NCBI GenBank assembly: GCA_035221665.1
Contig: CM069134.1
Span: 43,710,001 to 43,774,000, forward strand
Length of the DNA stretch: 64,000 bases
Direction of reading: 5' to 3'
Source: Okamejei kenojei
Lineage: Eukaryota
The notes under the pieces were generated by a model. The model made no database searches and was not told where the DNA came from. It was given only the letters and a program-made list of their open reading frames with translations. Positions 1 to 12,672 of the stretch are shown here, in pieces. The first letter of the stretch is position 1. Each line of letters opens with the position of its first letter. The position numbers and the translations under genes were made by a program.

Positions 1-974
1 AACACACTCCATTCACATCACAGTGCCCTTGCCAAACACTGAATTATTAACAGAAAAGATTGAAAATTCTTAGTTGGTCATGCAGCATTTATGAAGGGAG
101 TCAAAGAAGTTTTGTTTCAGGTCAATGACCTTGCATCAGATCATATCCATTACTCTTGCCTCAGTTAACCATGCAATCGATTCAAACAGGCAAAGAGAAA
201 GAGATAACTTCTTTTTTTGGGAAGCTTTCACAAGTTTCACAAGAAACTTCTCCTTTGCTCTCCAAACCAATCAGTCCCAGCTATCTAACAAATGACTCAA
301 TGATTGAGAGTATATAAATTGTGCTATACTCTTAGTGAAATGACTGCCATGAATTGATACCTACAATGTTGTTTAACTGGTATTTAATTTAGCTCTTTAG
401 CTAAAGACATTATGCATGTCCATGAATCTATGGCCTCAATACAACTTTAAAGAACAATTTTACTGAGTTTACTGAGTTTAAGTTCAAAATCTTCAAGTAT
501 TCAAACATATTCACAATGAGGCTGACATTTTTCCAAATTAATTGTTACGAACACAATTAGTTTTCATCCCTAAGTGACTCTGGAGTAATTAAATTCTAAC
601 ATCTACTTCTACACTTTTCTAGAGCATCAACATCTTCAGTCAGTTCCTTGGGCCAAAACTAGACTCCAATTATTTAAACGATTATGTATCAAATGCTCGT
701 ATATCCATCATTAATTTTTTTTGGCCTTATTGATGGTTTATTCCTCTGTCAGGAGATTAGATTTTGTGGATGTTGGTGGACGTGGATGTGGACATTGGGA
801 CTCAAGGCGTACAATAACACGCTCAATGAACCAGCTGGCAATTTTCAGTCCATCCTTTGCTGGTGTGTTGAAGGCCTTTCCCTATAGCCATGGAGCTAAA
901 TCAATTATTTAAACACCTCTAATGATTTATTACTGTGGCCCCACATCTCTGTCAGTTGTATAGTTGTCTCTGAA

Positions 975-1250
975 AAAGGATACAAAGGCTGGAGTAAACT
1001 CAGTGGGTCAAGCAGCATCTCTGAAGAACATTGATAGGTGACGTCTTGGGTCAGGACCCTTCTTCAGACTATTCTTGACTGTTCTTGGTGTCTTCAATTC
1101 AGTTACATTCAATTCATGACAGTTGTGATAACTGCTTCAAATCAGAATACATTCTATGTAGGTCTGATGTGGGGGGTCTTGACCAGAAACATCAACCATT
1201 CCTTCCCTCCGGAGATGCTGCCTGAGTAACCCAACATTTTATGTCTACAT
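975..1250. repeat. Inverted pair of Penelope-derived terminal units (hammerhead-core family), degenerate
   Basis: 975-1070 reads gctggagtaaactcag...ggtgacgtcttgggtcaggacccttcttcagact. 1164-1250 is the opposite orientation (ctgatg...gaccagaaacatc...gagatgctgcctgagtaac). Same family as 63055-63303. Confidence 0.7.
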
Positions 1251-1425
1251 TCCATTGGTTTGGTGTAAATTCCTGAACTCTGCATATGCTTTCAGATGAT
1301 TAAAGAATAATCCTAATAAAACAATGATCCAAAGATCTTTGCACAAATTACCCCCACATTCCTACAAAGAGAGAGCTCCTCTCTTCGTGATGTTATCTTT
1401 TGGATATTCACCTGCTGTCAAATGG

Positions 1426-1730
1426 ACATAGAAACATAGAAAATAGGCCCCTTCGAGCCAGCACCACCATTCAATATGATCATGGCTGATCAACCAAAAT
1501 AAGTTCCCAGTTCATGCTTTATCCGCAAATCCCTTGATTCCTTTAACCCTAAGAACTAAATCCAACTCTCTCCTAAAAACATCCAATAAATTGGCCCCCG
1601 CTGCCTACTGCGGCAGAGAATTCCACAGATTCAAAACTCTCTGGGTGAAACCGTTTTTCCTCATCTCAGTCCTATATTGCCTATCCCTTATTCTTAAACT
1701 GTGACCCCTGGTTCTGGACTCCCCCAACAT
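1426..1730 (-). mobile_element. CR1-clade LINE (HER1-like) 3' fragment
   Basis: catagaaacatagaaaatagg tail. ORF 1605-1829 gives LGESRTRGHSLRIR...FTQRVLNLWNSLPQ, the CR1 ORF2 C-terminus. Confidence 0.9.
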
Positions 1731-1789
1731 AATGTCCAACTGGACATTAACTTCCCACAACATTATTTCAAATAATAACATGGAAGTTA

Positions 1790-1985
1790 TACGTAGTATG
1801 CTGGTGAAAATATATTCCTCAATCAACATTACAAAAAATTATTTTATAGTTAATGCAGAACTACTGGGGCTGGCTGCCACATGTTCTACGTTGTTGCAAC
1901 AAATGTACACTCTGTATTTAATTGGATCTGGGCACTCGGATGATCTGAAAGGGATATGACGGGCACCACATAAATCCAGGTCTAT
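1790..1985 (+). mobile_element. Possible old Deu-domain/L2-tailed SINE remnant (SacSINE1-like)
   Basis: ggctgccacatgttctac...ttaattgg...acataaatccaggtc resembles the DeuSINE core and an L2-type tail from memory. Highly diverged. Confidence 0.3.
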
Positions 1986-2344
1986 CATTCTGCTGTTATT
2001 TATCGTGATGACTACCACTGTCCCAGAACATTGCCTTATTGTCTTCCACCAATCATCCCCAAGATCAAATATAATGTTTCCTATGAGATTGGAATCAGTT
2101 TCTCTTCAGCTACTGTAGTTTCTGCAAGTTTCGAAGATTAAAACAGCTACCAGTTAATGACAAAAGGATGTAATCACCCAGGATGATAAAAACGTCAGCT
2201 TTAGAGATGAACTAAGCACCAATTAGTCAAATGCCAAACATAGCTGATGACACATATGCTACATATAACATGTTCCTCCTCATTGGTGAAGAAAGGGTTG
2301 AAATGGGTTAAAAGCAATGAGAACATAGAAATGGGGGGATTTTA

Positions 2345-2500
2345 TACAAAAGGACACAAAGTGCTAGAGTAACTCAACAGCATGCCTGGAGAATATAAGT
2401 CGGTGATGTTTCGGGTCAAGACCCTTCTTCAGTCTGAGTTACTCCAGCACTTTGTGTCCTTTTGTGGATTAACCAGCATCCATAGTTCTTTGTTTCTACA
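2345..2500. repeat. Penelope-derived terminal unit, inverted arrangement
   Basis: gacacaaagtgctagagtaactc...gtttcgggtcaagacccttcttcag followed by ctgagttactccagcactttgtgtc in the opposite orientation. Confidence 0.75.
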
Positions 2501-2511
2501 TGATGTCTGGA

Positions 2512-3270
2512 TTGTGATTGACTTCAGGAAGCGAAGCAGTACACACACCCATAGGTTGATGGTGCCAAGTAGAGATGGTCGAAAGCTTCATGTTCCTTGG
2601 AATAAATATTACCAGCAATTTGTCCTGGACCAGCCGCATTGAAGTAATGGCACAGAAAGTGCACCAATATCTCTACTTTGTTAGAAGGCTTAAGAGGTTT
2701 GGCATGTCCCCAACAATCCTCATGAATTTCTACAGATGTGCCATAGAAAGCATTTGATTGAGATGCATCATAGCATGGTTTAGGAACAGCTCCATCCAAG
2801 ATCGCAAGAAATTGCAGGGAGTTGTGGACGCTGTCCAGACCATCATGCAAACCAACCTCCCTTCCACTGACTCTATCTACACTTCACGCTGCCTCGGCAA
2901 GGCCACCAGCATAATCAAGGACAGGCCACACCCCAGCCACTCCTCCGTCTCCTCTCTCCCATCACGCGAAAGGTACAAAACTTTGAAAACGCATAGCTCA
3001 GGACAAGTTTCATCCCCGCTGTCAGGCAACTGACGCATTCTCTCACCAGCTAGAGTGCGGTCCTGACCTCCCATCTAACTTATTGAAGACCTTTGAATTA
3101 TCTTCAATTATCTTGCATTATAAGTCATATCCTTTATCCTGCATCTGTACACTGAGGACAGCTTGATTGTAATCATGTATAATCTTTTCTTTGACTGGAT
3201 AGCACGCAATAAAAAGTTATACACTGTACATCGGTCTACATAACAATAAAAAAATGAAACCAATAAATTC
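2512..3270 (+). mobile_element. Rex1/Babar-type LINE 3' fragment (pseudogenised RT C-terminus)
   Basis: ORFs 2575-3033 give VESFMFLGINITSNLSW...LYFVRRLKRFGMS...FYRCAIESI and CIIAWF...RKKLQGVV, similar to the copy at 10329-12672. Confidence 0.85.
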
Positions 3271-5192
3271 ACTATTGCTGAACTAAAAATATTCATGCAA
3301 AGAACCCCAAATATTTGGTGGCATTGCATGATCAAAGACCAGATCAAAAGAGTCTCAAACCCCTCAACAAACATGTGTAATTAGGTTGTGATAGTATTTG
3401 CTAGAATTTAGAGCTACTGCAGTGAAGGTTAATATCAAATTTAATTGCTTCATTGGAGATAATTGAAAGTTAAATTTAAGAAATTGTTTATGCTTCCAGA
3501 ACTAATTATTAAAAGTTTCATTTTTGCTCTCTCCAATTGATTTGTACCGTTTCATTTATTGATATAAAATATAAAGCACAGTAGATGGGAGGTTAACTAC
3601 TGCCCCATAGGAAAATAATCCTTTGGATGTAAAATTCAGCCAGTTACAACTGTAACAGCTTCCTAGTTGTAGTTAAAGGATCGCTAAGAGACTTAAACTT
3701 AAATTACATAAATTCTAGCAGGAACACTAAATTCTAGAGTGGAAGAATGCCTCATCCAAACATTTAGCTCCACATTCACTGTTTAGTTTTGCGATTCACT
3801 TATACAAAGCAAAGTGAACTGTAGAAGTTGAGACGTGTTATTACGCCGTCAATATGTTGCAAACAGCCAAGCAAAACTAATCTCACAATTAAAAATGTTA
3901 ATAAAGTTACTTTTTACAGGATTTATAAGTAGCTTTGGTAATCTGCCTGGAATTAAAACTGCAAATTTTCCTGACTGAAAACTGGAACTGGATGTCAATG
4001 TTCAAATGGTTATTGCGTAGTTTAAACATTTTAGCATCATTATGGGGTAGCTGATTTAAAGACAATTCATTCCATCTCTTTAGACACTGGTCTATAATGA
4101 CCTTATGTTTCTTCTTCAGGTTAAACTTGTCACTTACAGTCAAACAAGACAAACCAACAATGCATCTTAGGAAACAGAAGATACCATCCTTCACTGACTT
4201 CCTGCAGAGACAGAAGCTGGTGTCCCTATCCATCATCTGTCCTTCCTGACCCCTGCTACCCAGTGAAACCAGGATCAGCAGAAATGTCACAATAGGAGTT
4301 GGATTGCTTTATTGAGAGAATGACCCTATTCTATTGCACCACAATCAGCTTTAACAGAGGAATCTGTGTAAAAGCATTGAGTACTTGATTCCTTCTCTTT
4401 AAATTTATCGATTTGGGTTTTTTTTTGTGCAAAAAAAAACCTGCAATGCACTGCACTGATTAAATTTCCTTTATTCACAGATTATTACTGCAGCACTAAA
4501 TTAATCCAACGTTCCAGATTTACTCCTGAACTTCAATTGAATTTGCATTTCATTCAATCACTTACCAGAGCAGAAGGGCAACTGTGAAGCACACATGCAC
4601 TCTTGACAGACACTGCTTTCAGCTTCTAGTTTTCAGCTGCCAGGCCACTTGATGTCCTGCCCTAACAAGCTTATCTGCAGAGCTAGGCCTTGATGATTCA
4701 GTCCCTCTAGTTCAGAGAAAAATATTTGCTCAACTTCTTATCACTAACTAACCCCTGCAACGGCTGGAGTCTAAAGGATCACCATTGAACATAAAGGCAG
4801 ATAGTAACAATTCAACAAACAAGAACTGCCTCGGAAAAAGTACTGGGCAGTACTAATAGCACAGAGAGTTGGTGTGAGGAAGTAGAAACAAATCTGCTGT
4901 CATAATTGATCTGGCAGAGGTTCCCAATATCGCAAAGTTTTTTAAAAAGTGAACGATGAATGAGAAAATATCAAGTCTCTGCAGTGATAAGAACCAGGGA
5001 TCACTCTTGTTTGCAGAAAATAACATTGCCACTTTATTAGCTGGCAATCCATGCAAGGCCTTTAAGAGGAAGAACAAAGAATCACCAGCCATGTCATTCA
5101 CGGCATGTCAAAGAATGTAGTTATGGTAACTTTTTATGCAAATTCTTTGTCTTTGTGCAGTGGATTTCTGTTTCTCTTTTCGACTGAAGATT

Positions 5193-5555
5193 AGACACGA
5201 AGCGCTGGAGTAACTCAGCGGGCCAGGCAGCATCTCTGGAGAAAAGGAAAAGGTGACATTTCAGATCCAGACCCTTCTTCAGACTGAGAGCCAGAGGAGA
5301 GGGAAACTGGAGGTATGAGGAGGTGCAAAGAACAATAGAATCAAAGGTATGAAAAGAACAAAATCAAGGCCAGCAAGGATGATCAAAGAAAGGTGGAGCC
5401 CACAATGGTCCACTGTTGGCTGCGGCAGAGGTGATAACTAAGGGACACAAACAATGAGACTATGCTGGATGGCAGTGAGACTAGTAGGATGACAAGGGTG
5501 GGGGGGGAGAGAAGGAATGCAAGGGTAATTTAAAATTAGCAAAATCAATATTCAC
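5193..5555 (-). mobile_element. Penelope-like element 3' end (ORF end plus terminal repeat with hammerhead core)
   Basis: The minus strand at about 5555-5526 encodes NIDFANFK, the typical PLE ORF end (GMNIDFSNF). A pyrimidine-rich UTR follows, then cagtctgaagaagggtctggatctgaaatgtcacc. Confidence 0.75.
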
Positions 5556-5692
5556 TTCTCTGCTTTCAACTTTTCTCTTTCTTGATTTATTTCTTTTTTC
5601 TCTCTATCGGTTTGGTGGTAGGAGATTGATCGTATGGCATTCTCCAGTACAGAGAGGAGCCACCACCAACTGTGGGCAACACGTGCCGTTTA

Positions 5693-7316
5693 CAGTGCCC
5701 TCCATAATGTTTTGGACAAGGACCCATCATTTATTTATTTGCCTCAATTTGAGATTTGTAATATTAAAAAAATCACATATGGTTAAAATGCACATTGTCA
5801 GTTTTCATAAAGGCCATTTTTATACATTTTGGTTTCACCATGTAGAAGTTATAGCAGTGTTTATACATAGTCCCCCCATTTCAGGGTGCCATAATGTCTG
5901 GTGCACAGCAATGTCATGTAAATGAAAGTAGTCATGTTTAGTATTTTGTTGCATATCATTTGCATGCAATGACTGCTTGAAGTCTGCGATTCATGGACAT
6001 CACCAGTTGCTGGGTGTCTTCTCTGATGATGCTCTGCCAGGCCTGTATTGCAGCCATCTTTAGCTTTTGCTTGTTTTGGGGGCTAGTCCCCTTCAGTTTT
6101 CTCTTCAGCATATAAAAGGCATGCTCAATTGGGTTCAGATCGTGTGATTGACTTGGCCACTCAAGAATTGACCATTTTCCAGCTTTGAAAAAACTCCTTT
6201 GTTGCTTTAGCAGTATGTTAGGGATCATTGCCTTGCTGTAGAATGAACTGCCAGCCAATGAGTTTTGAGGTATTTGTTTATACTTGAGCAAATAGGATGT
6301 GTCTATACAATTTAGAATTCATTTTGCTACCACCTTCAGCAGTTGAATCATCAATGAAGAAAAGTGAGCCAGTACCTTCAGCAGCCATAAATGCCCAGGC
6401 CATAACACCCCCACCACTGTGTTTCACTGATGAGGTGGGATGCTTTGGATCTTGAGCAGTTCTTTCTCTCCTTCATACTTTGCTCTTGCCATCACTCTGA
6501 TATAAGTTAATCCTCATCTCATATGTCCACAAGACCTTTTTCCAGAACTGTGGTTGCTCTTTTAAGTACTTCTTGGCAAACTGTAACTTGGCCATCCTAT
6601 TTTTTCCAGCTAACCAGTGGTTTGCATCTTGCAGTGTAGCCTCTGTATTTCTGTTCATGAAGTCTTCTGCAGACAGTGGTCATTGACAAATCCACACTGG
6701 ACTCCTGAAGAGTGTTTCTGTCAGAGAGGTTGGGAATTTTTCTTTATTATAGAGAGAATTCTTCTGTCTTCAGCTGTGGAGGTCTTCCTTGGCCTGCCAG
6801 TCCCTTTGCGATTAGTAAGCTCACCAGTGCTCTCTTTCTTCTGATGATGTTCCAAACAGTTGATTTTGGTAAGCCTAAGGTTTGGCTGATGTCTCGAACA
6901 GTTTTATTCTTGTTTCTCAGTCTCATAATGGCTTTCATTGGCACAACTTTGGTCCTCATGTTGATAAACAAAAATAAAAATGTCCAAAGGTGATGGAAAG
7001 ACTGGTGGAAAGACAAGGTGCTGAGACTTCTCTTATACCTGCATTAACGAGGCAATTAAACACACCTGAGCAATTACAAACACCTGTGAAGCCATGTGTC
7101 CCAAACATTATGGCGCCCTGAAATGGGGGGACTATATATAAAACAGCTGCAATTTCTACATGGTGAAACAAAAATGTATTAAAAATATCCTTTAATAAAA
7201 TCTGACAATGTGCTCTTTAACATGTGATTTTTTTCTATTACAAATTTCAAATTGTGTAGTACAGAGGCAAATGAATAAATGATGGGTCTTTGTCCCAAAC
7301 ATTATGGTGGGCACTG
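5693..7316 (-). mobile_element. Full-length Tc1/mariner DNA transposon (IR/DR type), defective
   Basis: TA at 5691-5692 and 7317-7318. Termini cagtgccctccataatg / cattatggtgggcactg. About 200-bp inverted repeats, each with an inner copy of the terminal motif. Transposase remnants inside. Confidence 0.95.
5938..6959 (-). pseudogene. Tc1 DD34E transposase pseudogene
   Basis: HTH region RDISQTLGLPKSTVWNII. FWKKVLWTYE has the first catalytic D changed to Y. Also WPSQSHDLNPIEH and a C-terminal ACK*YATKY*. Several frameshifts and stops. Confidence 0.92.
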
Positions 7317-7714
7317 TATGTATTTTCTTCCCTATACACATCCAGTGTGATGTTGACGAAACCTTCACCCGGCCACCATACATTAGTTCTTCTGCAAACC
7401 CCTGTTCTTATCACTACTACTTCAATCTTCCCTCCTTTGAGTAACACACTCAGCTTCTGTCCTCTCCCATTTTCGACTCATCTCTCTACTGCCATTAATT
7501 ATTGCAGTCTCGACCGTGCATGCAATCTCTCTCATACAGCTTCATCCAAAGTTCGATGCCAAGTAACCTACATCCTCTTATCCTCAACTGGATTTTCTGT
7601 TTCCCTCTAAAAACCTTTTATATTTGTATGCCTCTCCCTCCAACGCAAACAGATATTGGAATCTCCTAATAAATTATGTGATTTTTAAATTTAGTAAATA
7701 TGCAATAGTTAATC

Positions 7715-7810
7715 ATATGGGGTTAGGAGGGAGAGATAGATCAGCCATGATTGAACAGCAGAGTAGAGTCGATGAGTTGAATGGCCTAATTCTACTGTTC
7801 CTTATAGCCT
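7715..7810 (+). mobile_element. CR1/HER1 LINE 3' tail fragment
   Basis: gggttaggagggagagatagatcagccatgattgaa...gaatggcctaattctac matches the tail at 41140-41225. Confidence 0.75.
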
Positions 7811-9149
7811 TATGAAGTGGAAAATTACAGAGGAGAGAGAAAGAGAAAAGAGCGTTAATAGGTAGAGCAGTGAAAGAAAAATTGGGGGGGGGGGGGGGGG
7901 GGAAACGGGTGGTGCAGGGAGGAAGGAACATAGGTGGGAGAAGAGGAAATGGCAAGAGAAGGGAGAGAGAGGCTGACCCTCAAGAAAATGGCGAAAGGGC
8001 AAAGGTAAAGTAAGAGAGAGGAGGAAGATAAAGGCCGATAAGGGAATGGGTACTGAAAAGACCGCTAGAAAATGGCGAGGGAAAGAAATGTACAAAAATG
8101 ATCTGAGCAGGGCTATCTTAAATATGTGTTGCTGTGGGAAGAGCTTTGGTAAATCCTAATTTCTGATCTACTATTCAAAGGTAGTGGTGAGGGATTGAGG
8201 GGGTGAGATTTATAACAGTGATGGTGCCTATGCTGTTGCAAATATATCCTTCGTTAAGAGTTCAAAGCAACACATGGTGAATAAGTATTAAGTAAACAAC
8301 AACTCATATCTGTTGGAGACACATCCAAGATTAATGTGGGAAATGGACATATCCCACAGACTGTAATGGCTCCCTTTTTTAAGACCGGGGCAAACATTCC
8401 CTACATCAGATTAAAGAGAGGTTTACTTTACATCGACAGCATGTTTTCCTGCCAAGATTCTATTACTACGATGTTTTCAAAATGTTACTATAACCTCAGA
8501 GAGCTGCACTGAGTCATGGGTTCGGCAGATGTAAGAATGCATTTCTAATTCAATTGAATCATTATTTTTCCTTCTAAGGTCCTGTACTTACAGGGGCAGT
8601 GAATGACGTTGGCATTATGCCACCTGGAATTGAAATGGCAGACTTGTTTTTAAAAGTTAAAAAAAAGGCCTATTGAATATACACAGCACAAAAGGTTGGC
8701 TGTTTATTAAACTCTATCTGGAGAGTCTGTCACAGACCAGTACTCCCTGTGCTGGAGCAGGGTGCCCATTACTGACATTGAGTTTCACCAGCCAGCGTAG
8801 CCATGAGCATGTTGAAAAAGAACAAAAGGTTATACTGAGTGCGATGGGAAAGTGTTCATCAAAACACACTTTGTTCTACTTTAATTAGAAATGGCAGCAA
8901 GGAAGCTGAATGTTAGCCAAAATGTTTCGTCAAGCATGTCCGTATGTGGCAATTCAACTGTTTGCTCTGGCTCCAAAATACAGTGCATCTTCAGAATACT
9001 ATACAATGTCCTACTTACACCTTGCAAACTTTGAGTAGGAGATACACGTTTCTACTCTTTTATGTTTAACGCAAGTTAACTCCAGTACATGATTATTTCA
9101 ATTTCTCTTAGAATGCAGAATAGAATCAGAAATGGATCTGTTTTCACTG

Positions 9150-9415
9150 TCGGAACAGTGGTGCAGCGGTAGAATTGATGCCTTACTGCACCAGTGACCC
9201 GGGTTCAGTCCTGACTATGGGTGCTATCTGTATGGAATTTGTACGTTTTCCCTGTGACCACGTGGGTTTCCAACGGGTATTCTGGTTTCCTCCCAGACCC
9301 GAAGATGTACAGCCTTGTACGTTAATTGGCCAAGTGTATAATTGGCCAAATTGGCCGTAGTGTGTAGGGTAGTGTTAGTGTAGGAGGATCTGCACTGAAT
9401 CTCTAAACTAAATTA
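9150..9415 (+). mobile_element. HE1-type tRNA-derived V-SINE
   Basis: Pol III A box tggtgcagcggtag, B-box-like ccgggttcagtcc, central tgtatggaatttgtacgttttccc, tail ctctaaactaaa. Confidence 0.85.
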
Positions 9416-9715
9416 AACACCTGTGCACATTGAAAAACAAAATACCGTATTGCAAATGAAGAATTCTGGAAAAAAAAAAATCAGAAAAAATATTGGAAAC
9501 TTTCGGAAGTCCAAGCTCTGAAGAAGCTCCACTGACCTGAAATATAAACTCTGTATGTATATGCAGGGAAATGGAAAGCTCAGAGATAATAGTGGTGGCC
9601 TCCAGCCATATCAAAATGGCTCTTACTTCAGGTCCACTCAGGGTAAGGAGTAATATCGCAATCCTTTCTGGATGCTAGACAACTATCCAGCCCACTGATT
9701 AATACACAGGTCTTA

Positions 9716-10234
9716 AGGGGCTGTCTCACTGCGGCGACCTAATTGGCGAGTTTAGGAGAGTTTGAAAAAATGTCATGTTGAAGACCTCCTTAACTATGTA
9801 AAAGACCTCCTTCGACTATGTTGAAGACAAGCTTCGACTAGCTTCGGGAAAATTGGACACCGAATAGTGGAGAGTGAAGACGACCTCCTTCAATCTCATT
9901 CGACCTCCCTTCAACTATGTTGAAGACTATCTACAACTACCTTCGACTACCTTCAACTACCCTCGATTACCTATGAATAACATGCCGACCTACTACGACA
10001 TACTTCGACTAAACCTACAAGTAAAAAAAGTATTGATTTTTTCCATGGTGACCTTTTTTTACTCGCGGGCATTTTTCAAAAATTTTGAGGACTCGAGTAT
10101 GCGGGGACTACTCTTGAGCATGAAGGAAAGTTACAAAGACCTCCTGGGACCTCGTGTCGACCATGCTGCGAGTATGAGTCGAGGGCAAACTTGTCAGAAC
10201 TCGCGGATTAGGTCGCCGCAGTGGTGCAGCCCCT
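9716..10234. mobile_element. PIF/Harbinger-type non-autonomous element (MITE)
   Basis: TIRs aggggctgtctcactgcggcgacctaat / attaggtcgccgcagtggtgcagcccct. TTA duplicated at 9713-9715 and 10235-10237. Internal cttcgacta-like short repeats and no transposase. Confidence 0.85.
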
Positions 10235-10328
10235 TTATGGTCATAATGAAAAGGAAGCCCACTATTTTACTGACATATAGCTCAGAGGTGTTCTGTCCAT
10301 CACAAAGGAACCATACACCACTACCCTG

Positions 10329-12672
10329 AATGTCACGGATTGGAATGTGTTCAGGGAAGCAACCACAAACCTCGATGAGTATACAGACACTGTCTCATCA
10401 TATGTCAGCTTTTGTGAGGACAGTTGCATTCCAACTAGGACCCGGGCCTGGTTCAACAATGACAAGCCCTGGTTTACTGCAGAACTCAGTCAGTTCCGAC
10501 AGTCTAAAGACGAAGCAGATCTCTTCAGGCAGGCAAAAGTACAAGATGAGAAGAGGAATCAGAGCTGCCAAGGAAAGGTAGTCTGAGAAGTTGAGAAGTT
10601 GAGGAGCAAGTTCTCAGCTAGTGACCCTTGGAAGGGCTTGCATGAAATCAAGAGGAAAAGCTCCTGCTCTTTGGACAATTGTCAGCTGACCAACAACCTG
10701 AATGAGTTCTACTGCAGGTTTGACAAGCAGAAACGTAACCCTGGTACCCCCTTCCCCCTCCCCAACCAACACAGCCAGACCCCAGTCTGCAAAGTCAGGA
10801 CCCTTCTACACCCACTCCTCTCCATTCACCACTTCACACCTACTTAAAGCAAGACTCCAGTCTGGAAAGACTGGACCCTTTCCCACCCCAACCAACACTT
10901 CACACCCACTCACAGCCTGACCCCAGTCTGCAAAGACTGGACCTTTCTACACCCTCTCCTCCTCAATCACCACTTCACACCTACTTAAAGCAAGACTCCA
11001 GTCTGAAAAGACTGGACCCTTTCCCACCCACCCCTCTCCAATCACCACTTCACACCCAATTACACATCCCCTCCGTGCTGCATAACATCATTTCTCCATC
11101 ATCAACAATAAAAATAAAGGAGGTGGAGAGGTTGTTCAGAAGACAGAAAAGCCGGAAATCTCCAGAACCCAACAATGATTCCCCCTCTACTCTCAAGCTC
11201 TGTGCCGAACTGGCACTGGTCTACACAGACATTTTCAACCAGTCCTTGCAAACCTGTACAGTCCCTGCCTGCTTCAAAGTCTCCACTATTGTCCCTGCAC
11301 CCAAAAAGGCAAAGATTACTGGTCTTAATGACTACAGGCCTGTCGCACTGACCTCTAGCATCATGAAGACCCTTGAATGGCTTGTGCTGGTCAAGCTGAA
11401 AAATATCACGAACCCCCAGCCGGACCCTCTGCAGTTTGCATATCGGGCCAATAGATCTGTGGATGATGCAGTCAACCTGGGCCTGCACGTCATCCTCCAG
11501 CACCTAGACCGCCAGGGGACCTATGCGAGGATTTTGTTTGTTGATTTTAGCTCTGCATTCAACACCATTGTGCCAGAGCTACTACACTCCAAACATTCCG
11601 AGTTGACTGTGCCTTAACCCCTCTGTCGGTGGATCACCAGCTTCCTGACAGACAGGAAGCAGCATGTGAGGTGGGGAAAGCACATCTCGGACCCGCAAAC
11701 CCTCAGCATAGGAGCACCGCAAGACTGCGTACTCTCCCCTCTCCTTTACTCTCTCTACACCAATGACTGCACCTCCACTGACTCCTCTGTCAAGCTTCTC
11801 TAGTTTGCAGACGACACAACCCTGATTGGACTGATCCAGGATGTGGAAGAATCTGCCTACAGACAGGAAGTGACATAGCTGGTGGCCTGGTGCCATCGCA
11901 GCAACCTGGAGCTCAATGCTCTTAAGACAGCAGAATTGATAATAGACTTTAGGAGAGCTCCCCCTCCCCTCACCCCACTCACTATCAACAACACCACAGT
12001 CACATCTGTGCAGTCTTTTAAGTTCCTGGGAACCATCATCTCCAAGGACCTTAAATGGGGGGTACCATTGATACCACAGTCAAAAAGGCACAACGGAGGA
12101 TGTACTTCCTGCGGCAGCTGAGGAAGCACAATTTGCCACGGGCAATGATGGTCCAATTCTACACGGCCATCGTAGAATCTGTCTTCACCTTCTCCATCGT
12201 GGTTTGGTTTGGCTCAGCCAACAAGCACGACATCCAGAGGCTGCAGCGAATCGTCCGATCAGCTGAGAAGGTTATTGGCTGCAACATTCCCTCCATTGAT
12301 GAACTGTACACGGCAAGGGCCAGGAAGCGAGCGGGTAATATCATCTCTGACCCCTTTCACCCTGGCCACAAACTCTTTGAATCACTTCCCGCTGGAAGGC
12401 GACTCCAGACTGTCAAAGCTGCCACAGCCAGACATAAAAACAGCTTTTTTTCCACGAGTAGTAGCTCTTTTCAATAACCAAAAATCTGTAGCCTCCTTTT
12501 GCTCTGGTATTTTATTTAATTCACATGTTTAATCAATAATGTTTTATTATTAACGTTTAATGTTTTGTGTCATTCCTAACTGTCACTCAATGTCGTTGTC
12601 ACTTGCGGGCAGAGCACCAATCCAAATTCCTTGTGTGTGAATACTTGGCCAATAAACTTATTCATTCATTCA
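10329..12672 (+). mobile_element. Rex1/Babar LINE, 5'-truncated, RT pseudogene
   Basis: DWNVFREA...NNDKPWF, NDYRPVALTS, DPLQFAYRANRSVDDA, ARILFVDFSSAFNTI, FADDT (tttgcagacgacaca), FKFLG, KKAQRRMYFLRQLRK. Ends with aataaa and a (ttca)n tail. Confidence 0.93.
10775..11060 (+). repeat. Tandem repeat block inside the Rex1 element
   Basis: gaccccagtctgcaaag / gactccagtctg(g/a)aaagactggaccct...cacttcacacc recurs four times. Confidence 0.8.

Noticed and set aside
3907-4290. 127-aa minus-strand ORF with a hydrophobic start
   Set aside because: No recognisable domain, a non-ATG start and no supporting splice structure.
9150-9225. tRNA gene suggested by A/B boxes (also at 26392 and 60835)
   Set aside because: These are tRNA-derived heads of HE1-type SINEs followed by SINE body and tail, not complete cloverleaves.
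9874-10329. 151-aa ORF
   Set aside because: It lies across a Harbinger MITE made of short internal repeats and has no transposase or Myb motifs.
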